This document shows, one piece after another, positions 51,961 through 64,000 of a DNA stretch of 64,000 nt. The notes beneath the pieces are model-generated. The model was given only the letters and a program-made list of their open reading frames with translations, searched no databases and was not told the DNA's origin. Every line of letters starts with the position of its first letter. Within the stretch, counting starts at the first letter, position 1. The position numbers and the translations under genes were made by a program. The stretch comes from Stegostoma tigrinum (Eukaryota), in assembly GCF_030684315.1 (NCBI RefSeq), contig NC_081371.1, positions 8,759,550-8,823,549 of the forward strand, written 5' to 3'.

Positions 51961-52779
51961 TGTATACAGCTGCGGGCCAAACATTTAAGATGTTTCCACA
52001 GTGAAGCAGTTGAAAAGGAAGAAAATGTTAAAAGTTGCAGGCATTGCCATCAGTGAGACCAAACTCAAATTTTTCATCTCGATACATGTGTAAACCAACA
52101 GTGGCACATGCATGGAGAGCAGCTTAGAATCCAAAGTAAGTACTTGTTGACAAGCAGGAAAGTTCTGGTTCAGTTTAGCTCAGCGATTGGCAGATGTGGA
52201 GAAGTCTTTGTATTGAGACAGGAAAGGACAACATAGTAAATGATCTTCCAGCTCAAGGGTATAGACAGAACGGTTATTTCATACTTATGGAATAAACTGC
52301 TACTTAGCAACACAATGCACTCAGCTAAAACGTTCGGTTGTAAATGACAAGTTTGTTCCCAAGATTATTAAATGAGGATGGGAAGAAAGTGACCTCAGTT
52401 TATGGATAATAATCCCAAACCAAGATGAGTGACTCATTCTCAGTCCTAGTCCTGTCCTTTGCATCTTGTAAAATAGTGGTTGTCAATTACAGATTACAAA
52501 TTTATCCTTAGGATACTATCTTAAGGCAGTAGTGAGCAGCATGCACACCCTATATGTTTGACAACACTTGTTTATATCATGCTGCAAAATGAGAATTGGA
52601 ATATCTGTTGCAAGTAGTTAGTTTCTACTTAATCGTAATGTAGATGATAAGAAAGATTCAATGCAAGGCTGCACCGTCTATGGCTGACTTAAGAGGTAAA
52701 GGACTGTATCAAATTAAAACTTGTACAATGTTACCACGATCAGTCTAGATGATTGGGAAACATTTGCAAACCAGCAGAC

Positions 52780-53350
52780 CTTTGAGTATAGGAATTGGGA
52801 CATCATGTTGAGGGTGTGCAGAATGTTGGTGAGGCCTCTTCTGGAGTACTGTGTGAAAAACTGGCTGCCCTGTTATTAGAAGGATAATATTAAACAGGAG
52901 AGGATTCAGAAAAGATTTGCCAGAAAAGGAGGGTTTGAGATACAGAAGTAGCCTGGAAAGGCTGAGACATTTTTCACTGAGCATAGGAGGTTGAGGGGTG
53001 ACTTTATGGAAGCTTGTAACATGAGAGGCATAGACAAGGTGAATGACAAGGGTCTTTTCCCTCGGGTAGGGGATTTCAAAACTAGCGGGCACATTTTTAA
53101 AGTGAGAGGAGAAGATTTAAAAGGGCAAATTTTTCACACAGAGAGTGGTTCGTGTGTGGAATGAACTGCTTGAGAAAGTGATGGATGCAGGTATAGTTTC
53201 AACGTTTAAAAGACATTTGGATAAGTACTGAATAGGAAAGGTTTGCAGGGATATGGGCCAAGTCCAGGCAGATGGGGCCAGTTTAGTTTTAGGAACGTGG
53301 TCGGCATGGACTGGCTGTACCAAAGGGTCTGTTTCCGTGCTGTATGACCT
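52780..53350 (+). mobile_element. 5'-truncated CR1 3' end
   Basis: gaggcctcttctggagtactgtg, tttcacacagagagtggttcgtgtgtggaatgaactg, and tail gggtctgtttccgtgctgtatgac. Confidence 0.88.
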
Positions 53351-53899
53351 TGTGGCATTACAATAGAAAAGGAGAAACTGAAGTTTGAGTGAAAAGTAGA
53401 AAATCATATAAAAGAGAGTAAAAGCTTCTCCGAAGTATATAAAGGAAGAGATGGCAGTAATGAGCATTCATCCCTTAGAAGATGAGACTGAGGATTAAAT
53501 CCTGGTGGAATATTTGCACAAGTTCTTCATATTTGTTTTCACTGTGCACAGTCATAAAGCTTTTATTCTCTCTTGGCCAATTTCAGTATTGCTTCCTGTA
53601 AGTATCAAGCGCATCCTGTGATAGACCTGCCTGCATGCAGTTGTATCGATTGAATGCCATTGGCAGTGTTTCCGCCGCACGCCTGAACTGGATAGGAGTT
53701 TGTACTGCTCTACACTCAAAAGATAACCGTGCATCATCTGCAAAACATATCCTGCAGCATCAGCACCCATCAAGGTTATGAAAAGTGATAAAAATAAAAG
53801 CAAGCTGTGTGAACCACCACCACTATCTTGTCTCCAGGATGATCCAAAACCAATAGGAGATTAGCGTCCCACCCACCATCTTAAATATTTACCTCCACA

Positions 53900-54225
53900 C
53901 TAAACTGTGTACCATCTAGACACCATCTAGAACCTCACTAAGGCTCCTTCAACAGTATCATCCAAACCTGGGATCTTTACCACACGGCAGCAGAGCTAGC
54001 GTGGGAGTACACCACCTGCAAATACCCCTCCAAGTCACACACTGTCATTGGCTTGGAGCTATGTTACTACTCCATCAGGTCAAAATCCTGAACATCGTTC
54101 CCTAATTGCAGTGCGAGAACACTTGCTGCCTGGACTGCAACGTTTGACGAAAGTGTTTTCAAATAGACTAAAGGACAAGCAACAAACTTTGGCCTTGTCA
54201 GTGTGGCCCTCTTCCTCTGGATGAA
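53900..54225 (+). mobile_element. 3' end of the second LINE family (as 14800-15150)
   Basis: accatcta...aggctccttcaacag...caccacctgcaaa..ccctccaagtcacac. Confidence 0.6.
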
Positions 54226-57200
54226 TTTAATGGCCATTGACTACAATTTGGAAATAATAATTGCAACTCCAGACCCCACGACAGCACAAAAAGGGAGACT
54301 TCGCTTATGGCTTTCTGAAGTTATGAACCTTACACTGGATAATGCGCGTCCAGAAACTTAGTGATGCCTTTAAAAGGTCACGTAAGTTCATAGCAAACAC
54401 AGGCTCAAAGATAAGGCAGTTGGAGGTTTGTGGTTGTCAGCGACTTCTACTGAAGAATTTAGTTGCCAGGTGTAGATTTGTGTTGGAGGATGTGCAAGAT
54501 AACAAGTTCAAACGGACAGGCATAGATATAAGATGATGACGTCAAGGTTGAGGGGAACAGGAGTTATGGTCATTACCTGTACATGGAAACTCCTTCAAGG
54601 CACAATCTGAAATAAGTAATTTTTTTTTCTTGCCTGAGGAATTATTGCACACAAGTGACTCCATCGACTGTAACTGTAACATTTAGTTACTTACGTCATG
54701 CTAAGAGATGGTTTGCAGGGTCAGATTAAGATCTGTATCCAAATTCCTGACTAGCCAAGAGATTAATGAAGCTGATCTTGCTCTCCATCACCCCGTGGTA
54801 CTAATCAGCAAGTAAAAAGGTTCCTTCACCAATTAGTATTTGTTAGCCTGTCTTAACAAAATGGTATTTATTTGATTTTTTAGTACTTTAACTTTCTCAA
54901 GGGGTTTTATTTCCTCTGGTTTCCAGGTTGCTTGGAGTTGACACATGTGCTCACACTTACAAACGCATTGATCAAATCACTGTGCTCTGAACCAGAAACA
55001 GAATTTTCAAAGCCAGCAGGAATATTGTGGTGCATTATTGTTCCAATTTACTGTCATGTAAGTGGGTTCAAGCTAGATCTTTGCATCATCAGTTCTCATG
55101 CCAGCTCACTGTTTTAGAATATCACGATAACCATTGAGTGATATTGAGATCTACATGAGCCAACTGAGCACCTTATCCAGTGGGTTTCTGAGCTGTGCGG
55201 ATGAGGAAGGTACAAGGTCTAATCTTTGATCTTTGCTGCACTAGTTGTACACTGAAGCTCAGTGCAGTGCAGAGAAATCATTGGCAGGTTTTTCATTTGG
55301 GTGTGGTGAGAATGGCTGAGTCCTTTGGGAATAAAGGTAAGATCTGACTCGACAAAGGTGTACCTCACAAAGTCAGAAGACTTTCTAGCATTCTGGATGA
55401 CGAGTATTTGGGCATTCATCTCAAAACTGAGCAGGTGAGAAAAGATGCTCCTCTTTCTCTAGATTAGTAAGCATTTTAGTTTTTGTGAGATTTTTGGATG
55501 CTTGTATCCAGCCCATTTTTGGTAGATCAGACACCAGTTCCAACTAAGACTCCAGCTTACTGCTCTTAACGAACTGCACGATATTACAAAAGTGATCTAG
55601 AGTCAGTGGTAACTGCGCGCTTACTCTATCTTCCATCACTCCCTAAATGAGCTGAACATTGTAGCTGGACTTTACTGAATCAAAGCATTCTGTTCTTTCC
55701 TTTGTTAATCTGTTAAACCCTATTGTATGGGTCAGAGATCGATGATGCTTTGAATCATATAACACTTGACATTTTTAATACCTCTTTAAGGAAAACAGAA
55801 CCATAGAAGAAACTGGTGCAATATTGCATTCAAATGTCAGCCAAGTGAAGGAGCCTGTTTTTTTACTTTTTTTTGAGAAATGCGAAGCTATCATGCCAAG
55901 GTCAAGCTGTCTCCTCGACATTTTGGAAGAGCTACTTGTTTTCATATATTGAGGCAAATCCACATCTCAACCATCAGGTTTGTGTCATTTCCCATGTGGA
56001 GAGTTACGTACATTACAGGTGGCTGCCATTATCAGTTGATAATTGATAACGAAAATTATTTCAGTCACCATTATCACCCACCAGGGACCAATGACCCAGT
56101 CTGTCAGGATGTTTTTGTAGGCTTTGGATAATACCATTCTTTTTAGGATGCTGCATTGATTTGGCAGTGTCATCTATAAAAGGTTGCTGTGTGGTCATCG
56201 TACTTTTGGTGCACATTACCTACATTGGGACTCTGGACGTGCATTAGTGCAGCCTTGCATCACCAGGCTATTAGACATCAAGCTGGGGTTTGCAGAACGT
56301 GTAATGTCACACACTGATTCAAATGACTTGCAGAACACTGTCATTTTGTATTACAGAAAAAATTGTTTGGAGCAAGGCCTAAATTATCAAATTAAAAATT
56401 AATCTGCCCCATCTAGTGACCAGAATTACTTTGTTTTTACCCACTACACCAAAACCGAAACAAGATTTCACTTCACCCAGACTCAAATATGTTGCAACCA
56501 GAATTAACCTGAAATACTTCATAACATTGGTGCAGAATTAGTAACAGCCATGCTGTGACTCCAGGGCGAGGAATATAGCAGAGCTAAAAAGAAATCCAGT
56601 CTTCCAGCAGCTATGTAGAGACTTTGTAGTGTTAAATAGGAGCTATTGTGTTATTTTGACTCCCTTTCCTGCAATCTTAGGGTATCGAATGTTGTTAGGT
56701 GGAGACATAAAGATTGTGGTGATGACCTGGTTCCAAGTTTTGGGGTAGAGCTATAAAAGCAGCCAAAGGCGCCATAACCTAAGAATAAATGTCCACGTGT
56801 ATAAATTTTGAAAGCAGCGACTTAAATCAAAACCCATTTGATTTGTGAAATTGTTAAGTTTTGTTGGCAGTCTATCTGCTGTATATAATTTCGTATCCAT
56901 TCTTGAACTCCCTCCAAATAATGATTGCATTGAATTACTTATCTCAATGGAGTTCCAATTATAAACAGAGGAAGTATAAGGAAACTGTTAACCATTACCT
57001 TGGCCATCTTGAATCTCACTTAGCAAAATGATTAGTTGCTGGAATAGTTAACCTGGTCAGCAACTGTATGCAGAGTTCTGCTGATGTTAAAGAAAGAGCT
57101 CAAATTTCGACAGGAACCTACACAATCTCAGGAGACACACAGGAGGCCGCTGAGCCTGTCATACTTATTCCAGCTCCGTTTATGGGCCGTACAATTAGTC

Positions 57201-57319
57201 CCGTTCACCTCGTGAATCCCCACAGTACTGGCAATCTTTTTTGAAAATCTGATTTCCTCTAGAAAATTTCTCATGAACGAGGAGCACAGATAGTTAACAT
57301 AGGGGTACAGCAAATAATT

Positions 57320-57700
57320 AGGAAGCTCTGGTGCGTTACCGTATGTCCCGATGACTGGCAAAGCATATCAAACCACGCGACCTGTTGACCATTTGCAGTG
57401 GGCCATATCTTTTGCTTGACACTGAACCAGCCTGTGCCTGCAAACCCCAGAAACGTACATCCTCTATCAGATGTGATTCTTGCTCTTGGAAACCACTTGT
57501 TAAGCAATCCAGACTGTGCTAAGATTTACACTGGATATCAATTTAAAGTCATCAGCCAGGTGCGCAGTGTAGCTAGAAGTCATATACACAAATACGTTGG
57601 ACTCTGCTTTATGCAGTTAAAAGAAATTCGTGCAAACATTGCACCTTTTTCAAAATAAAGAGCAGTCAAGGTGACAGTCAATATCTGCTGCATCCCTATG
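57320..57700 (+). mobile_element. Decayed Penelope GIY-YIG 3' fragment (different family)
   Basis: Remnant LAKHIKPR followed by ALGNHLLSNPDCAKIYTGYQFKVISQVRSVA, resembling the C-terminus of Penelope endonucleases. Confidence 0.6.
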
Positions 57701-60574
57701 TCAACACCATGAGTAATCAGAATCTACTATGCTTTGTCTGAGAATTAAGAGTGACAATTAGCTATTCTTTCTGTATTCCCATTGTCAGTAATGGCCCAAT
57801 CAGTCAGTATTCCCTTCTCATGCTATACAACATGGTGGCCTTTTGTTCAAAAATTCATTTCTTGCATTCCAGTTCTCATGACTGCAAGATGAAGAGATAC
57901 CAAATTTTGCCTCCTTTAAGCAATGCTCAAGTTCTACACTGCCATGCAATGATTTACTGCGGACTCTGGCATATCTGGCCATCACACAGGAAACAAGACA
58001 AGGCCTATTCGATTGGATTCCAGTCTTGCTGTTCTCATGATTCAAAAATGCCAACAGAAGTGTAAAATACACTGCTTTTAACTCACTGTCTAAACCAGAC
58101 AAAACCTACCTTTGTTAGCTCTAAAGCTGAGCTTTACTGTTACTTGCTGTCATGTTTTTCTCTTGTAATTAAACTACATTCTCTTTCACTCAAGAAAAGC
58201 TGAAAATTTTCTCTCCATTTTTGAGCTGGCTAACTATTTTCTTTGAAGTGCAGTAGCAGCAAGCTACGAGTCGTGTTGTGCATGACCAGGGCGGTGACCC
58301 AACCTCATCTGGCAACTCACCGTATTTTAAAATGCCAGAACTACTGATGTGTTTTGAATCTTAGCTAACCTCACTATCCTTCAGATTGTGTGGCGGGCTT
58401 CTGAAAGGACATGATACAGTGAAGCCTTCTAAGCTCATTTAACTGAATAGAAATTTCCTTCAAACAGCCTGTTTTTATTCACTCAGCCTAACCTGAGCAG
58501 CCTAATTGTGTTCAGTTTCTCCCACAGGTCAATATATAAAGCAAAACAAAAGCAGATCCTCCAGAGGTTTGCAGTAATTTGCTGCCCAGGTCCACAAACT
58601 TCTCTGCTAGTTGCTTCGAACCAAACTGAGGGTTTTAAATTATAATCTTCTTCACATCCGAGTCAAGGTCAGGAAATGATCTGGACCATTTTGATATGAT
58701 GAAACTGACTCTGCTTTACTCGAACTCTGTCATCCTGTTTATACTGAGGGGGCTTCCCAAGATTGAATCATACATCCTTGCTAATGGGAGAATTAGACTG
58801 TGCAGAGTTCATAAATACAGAAAAGCAAAGCAAACTTTGAGAAGGAATTTTTGAAGAAGAGGTTATTGCAGCAACGCTCTTAACTGTCCTTCATAAATTG
58901 GCACCGTCCTTAGCGGTTGTTGGTTCCCGTCTGTGCTTTGTCCCAATCCAGAAACATTTGGCGCTGGAATATGGAGCTGTTAGTTAGATTTTGGATAAAC
59001 GGTTCTGTGGAGATAAGCAACCCTTCTTGTGTCTCATAAGGCACCAGTCTAAAACTGTGCTGTCCTCGGTGTGCTGCACTTATACTGAGCATTTGTGTAA
59101 TGACACACAATATGCTTGTAATTATTCATGACAACCTATGCCAAGTTGCACTTTTTACAGTTTGCTTGACTTTTGTTGCAATCCAAAATGGTGTGAAAAT
59201 GTTTGTTGCGCTGTATTGACGACTGGGCACATTTGAATGTGAACTCAGCGGAAGTAAGAAGATTTCAGCAGTGACTAGCAATTTGGACCCTTGATGTGCC
59301 TATTGACTACGTTGACGTCAGTTTCAGTAGAGCAGGACCTGCAGAAAAGGCAGCCAGGATCCAGGTTATTGCCCCCAGACTATGAGTGAAATGTAGCTAT
59401 CAGTCACTTGGACAAACTCATGTCATTAAACAGAGCTCCAGATTTGGAACGATCAGATTTAAAATGGGTCTGCGGACCTCAGTTTCCAATGACATTTCAG
59501 AAGTGTTGTACATTCCTGTTGAATATTTTTGTGTCAATGCTTGCCTGTCCAACTTGTAAATGCACACATCAGCCGACAGATTTCATAGCCTTCTTTGTAT
59601 GCACCATTCTAATTACTTGTTTTGCAACACCCAAAACAACAGACGATTTGATGCAATATCGCATTAGGCTTGGTGTCGAAATGAAATGCTGTGCCCAATA
59701 GTTTATGAACCTCGCAAGATTGAAGGTAATTGGAAAAAAAGAGTTGCTTGCCAGAAAAGTGAATTAACGCAGGTCCTATTGAGAATATTCTTTCTTTTTG
59801 TTTCTCTGCAACTCAGTGGATTTTCTAGCTTTACAATATTATTTACCCCAGAACAGGTGTCAGAGGTGACATACTACTTTATATTAATAACTGTGATTTG
59901 TCAGAGGTTCTGCATTGGAAGTATCTCAGCAGGGTGCCTACATGCTATAGGACCCTGCTGCTATGGCAACAGTTCTCCTAGACTAAGCCCCACGACCACT
60001 ACCTAGCAGGACCGGACTCGCCAAAACTTGCTCAGGGTCTTGATTGTGGGCAAAGTGACTTCCCAACACGACCCTGCGCACATTAATGATGCCTACACTT
60101 GGTGCTTTGGTAACACCATGATCGCACGCTGGCTTCTGTATTCCTGTTCTACCTTCTCTACTCGAATGCAGCTACCCATGACCTGGAGCTGGTAAGCATC
60201 AGTGGTCTCTGCTGTGCTCTTGTCTCTTTTCAGCATAAGGAGTGACCACATCCTGTCAACTCTCAATACATCATGCTGTCAAAATGCTCAGGAGCCTGTA
60301 AGATCCTCAGCGCACGTGTCTGAAAATAGTACCTAACTTGAGGAGATTTGAACAGAGCTCCAGATTTCAGGTGACTTTGGTTCAACTCTTAGTCTCTAAA
60401 GTTAACCAGCGTGTCCTTGTGGCCCTTGACTTTAGGAATGACAACTATGGAAAGGTTGCTGACGATAATTCAATGGCCTCTGCAGGGAAGTGTGCTGCAG
60501 TGGTATTTTGATATGCCAGATGGGGCTCAGACATAGCACTCTAAGCTGTGAATCTGAAGATTGTGGGTTCGAGT

Positions 60575-61115
60575 CAGGTGAGGCCGCTTTTGGGACACGC
60601 ATAGAGTACTTGTTGCCATTTTAGAGGAAGGATGTTGTTAAACTTCAGAGGTTGCAGAAAAGATTGACAAGGATGTTGCCAGGGTTGGAGGGTTTGAGCT
60701 ACAGGGAGAGGCTGAGTAGGGCTTATATCCCTGGATTGTCGGAGATTGAGGGCTGACTTTATAGAAGCTTAAAAAATTATGAGGGGCATGGATAGGGTGA
60801 ATAGCCAATGTCTTTTTACCTGGAGTGGTGTTATCAAACACTAGAGGACATAGGTTTCAGGTGCGAAGGGAAAGATTTAGCAAGGACCTGAGGGTGGTGT
60901 GTGTTTGGAACAAGCTGCCAGAGAAAGTGGTTAAGGCGGGTTCACTTACAACGTTTAAAAGGCATCTGGATGGGTAAATGAACAGGAAGGGTTTAGAAGG
61001 ACAGGGACCAAACGCTGGCAAATGGAACTAGGTCAGAATGGGACGTCTGGTCCTAACCCTAACCCTATCGCAGATGCATTAGACCAAAGAGTCTGTTTCT
61101 GTGCTGTATGACTCT
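60575..61115 (+). mobile_element. 5'-truncated CR1 3' end
   Basis: Paralogous to 28690-29260. Preceded by a SINE-like head with gggttcgagtc at ~60520-60575. Confidence 0.85.
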
Positions 61116-63019
61116 GTCCCATGCCCAGTGACTGAAATTTAAAATCTCGGCTGGCACTGTTGCTAAAGCTGATAGAAGTGGAAGATTTTTGATAGGCTAA
61201 ATATACAGACCTTAAATATGTTCTATTCCTTTTTGTATGCTGGGAGAATGGAGGATTGATCCTGAGATGGAAGCTCAGCCATGCCTTTGTGAAATTTTGG
61301 AGGAGGTCCCTGGCTCTGAGCAGCCAATGTTCTTGCCAAGTGTGGCAGTTCTGGGTAAAATATTCCCTTTTGTTTGGATGTACGCTCAGCGAGGATATGA
61401 TACATCACTCTCATTTGAATATTCTTACATAACGTGTCGCTTCATGCAAAGGTCTGTCATGAAGGTGGATTTTCACTCATCGGAAGACGCTCGCCTGCAA
61501 TAATAAGGAGTAAACGTTTTTATAGATAAATCAGCGAATATATACGTTTAAAAGGATGACTCTGTGTGTCAATTGGATGTAATCCAGCCTGCGATTTTAA
61601 CCTGTTAGCTCAGGTATAGAAGGGACAGATATGGGAAACAGAAGGATGGATTAAGTTCTATGAGGGCAGTTCTGTCATCACCAGGATCTCCTTATTCAAT
61701 ACACATCTGTTTTACATTGCAGCAACAGAGAGGGGCTTTGTCTTTTTTTTAATGCTCTGAATAGGCTGCAATTCTAAAATAATTAAGTTGAGTTTCACAA
61801 ACTGGGACTTCCGAATTTCCAAAAATGCTGTGGTGAGGAGAGTGCGTTTGAAGGATCTTAGTGCTGTTAGTTAATCTGTTTATTTTTCCTCTATTTGGAA
61901 GCAATGTTTAACCAAATCTTTGAGAGAAGGAAACATTATTTTTACTTTAAATGGGTCTATTTTTAACTTATCAAGTATATCTCAGTTCCCCAAAGAGCCT
62001 GTGATCTGTGCTTAAAAAATAGGTTGTGACACTGTTCCAAAAGCAGCGTATTTTTTTTCCAGGATACTGACCAAAGTTGTCCCTCAACGAACACCACCAA
62101 ATATTGTTTCTGGGAGCTTGCTGTGTGTGAATTGGTTTCTAGGTCTTATGCATTAATCACTATGACTATTTTTGGATTTAAATGGAATCACAAGCAGATG
62201 TCTCACTTGGCCTGACATAGTCCTGTGACCTCCACGATGAAGCACACATGCCAGAGGCAGACAACTGAAGTTCAATAAAGACCTTGTGTTGGACATAGTA
62301 TACTCAAAACATGCTGTCAGTTGTGGCTGTGAGATGACTGTTGCAGAGCTGGTCAAAAGCAGAGCTGCTTAGAATGAGACGTCCAATCAGAGCAGTGAGC
62401 TGCCATTTAAAGAAACAACGCTATTGGGAGAACCCTGGTTCAGGGAAAATGCCTGCAGATATTCCCCTAACAGCTTTCTTTTCGATGACATGGGATTTGA
62501 AGCAAAGCTGGAATTTCATCCACACACAATGACGGAATTATGAAATAACAAGGGATTTACTCCCAAAACCAGAACAGGTCACCACAGTTCCATTATTGTC
62601 GAGAAGAGACTATTGCAAAAATCTATCGAAAGAGCAATTAAAAAAACATAGAGATTTTAAAAGCTTTGAAGACAGCCTTTGCACCCCAAGTAAATGTTAC
62701 ATATGAATGGTACATGTTTAATATGAGCCAGAGTGAAAGAGAGCCCATTGATTAACACATTATGTCATTAACATGCAGAAACCTGTGAATTTGTGCCACT
62801 AAAAGATGAGCTAATTAAAGAAAGAATCGTCTTGGCCATAAGACCACGAGAGCACAATTGCTAAGAGAAGACTGACTCTGAAAGTAGTGCAGAGGCTCCA
62901 AGTTTGTAAAACAGCAGCTGCAGTGCACACGTGGGAGAGTCAGTGAGTTTGTCCACAGTGTGGACAAGCAGCCCAGATGGGTGCATTGTATTGGTAAATA
63001 AACCTGCACCGTTCATTTG

Positions 63020-63105
63020 CAATAATATGGCGAAACATAGTTTGTGAACATCGTCGACGTGGACTGGTTGGACTGAACAATCTGTTTCCACGCTATAAGA
63101 CTCAG
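63020..63105 (+). mobile_element. CR1 tail fragment
   Basis: ggactggttggactgaacaatctgtttccacgctataagactc. Confidence 0.55.
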
Positions 63106-63439
63106 ACTGTCCACAGAGACCCAGCCGAAAGAAATCACTCTCAGTCCAGGATCTCGCATAAGTTACCGGGAAGCACATCCCAGCTTAGGGAAGACCGTGT
63201 GTTAATTTGAGCAAGTGAAACCATTTTACATTCACATACTTAGCTAGGAAGCAGATCAACATGTGTATGAAGATAAATGCGATAAAAATGTCAGGCAATA
63301 ACGCAGACAAAAGGCGTGGATAGCAGAGAGATATTGCACAAAAATTCAAGTGATCCAATCCATGCCTTAGAACAGGTTGACAATGTCGAATCTTAAGGAT
63401 AAAGATAGTTTGTTGTAACTCCACGGGAGTCACCAAATT

Positions 63440-63520
63440 TGAGTTATACAACATGGAAACAGATCCTTCTGTCCAATCTGACCATACTCCCAAACTAAAC
63501 TAGTCCCACCTGCCTGCATC
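63440..63520 (-). mobile_element. CR1 tail fragment
   Basis: catggaaacagatccttc...aaactagtcccacctgcctg. Confidence 0.6.
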
Positions 63521-63747
63521 CATGTTCATCCGACTTACAAATATTCATACTTACAAATGCAGTCCCGTGCAGGGATGTAATTTCAAAGGCCCAGCACATA
63601 AACATTTTTTGTACTTATGAATGGTTGTTTCATACTGCCTGCATTGTATTCTGACTTGACTGCAAATCGATTTGCAAATGGCCTCAAGAACAGAACCCTG
63701 TACTGCCTGTATTACATTAAACACTCTGATGTGCAGTAGACTCGAGA

Positions 63748-63845
63748 CAGTGACTACACTTCAGAAAGTGTACTTTTCATTAGAAAACCCTTGGGGGCAT
63801 CCTGAAGTCTGGAAAGATGCTGTGTAAATCCAATTATTTCATTCT
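63748..63845 (+). mobile_element. DeuSINE-like 3' end
   Basis: acagtgactacacttcagaaag...ggggcatcctgaagtctggaaagatgctgtgtaaat. Confidence 0.55.
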
Positions 63846-64000
63846 TGTAGACAATGAGATTCCCATGTATCAGATGCCCTTATCCTTCTAGATGGTAAAG
63901 GCGACAAGTTTGAAAAGGTACTTTTGGAGGACATTTTTGGATGTTGGTGATGTCTGAAGGCTGAATAGGGATGTGCAGTATCCCAAACATTAACCCATTT

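Noticed and set aside
56660-56755. AG acceptor followed by ...GGDIKIVVMTW, vaguely like the next contactin exon (GGGG..ELTITW)
   Set aside because: Poor match, an in-frame stop and no suitable donor.

Overview
Repeat-rich vertebrate genomic DNA; the repeat families (HE1-type V-SINE, CR1/HER1, DeuSINE, Neptune Penelope) point to a shark. The window lies inside a contactin gene, most likely CNTN1, on the + strand. I found only two coding exons (42190-42348 and 47615-47764), which together encode the first FNIII domain. The rest is intron filled with decayed CR1 LINEs, SINEs, a probable solo LTR, a MITE, two minisatellites and two assembly gaps. The most striking structure is a Penelope-like retroelement system: one 3.3-kb RT + GIY-YIG copy with ~420-bp inverted ends and a minimal hammerhead-ribozyme motif, plus about ten 130-230-bp mini-elements in two families. 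Nine are fold-back palindromes with 10-16-bp target-site duplications, most folding at the hammerhead motif; one is single-armed. Family names come from recalled motifs, not database searches. Most ORFs in the supplied track are spurious or TE remnants.
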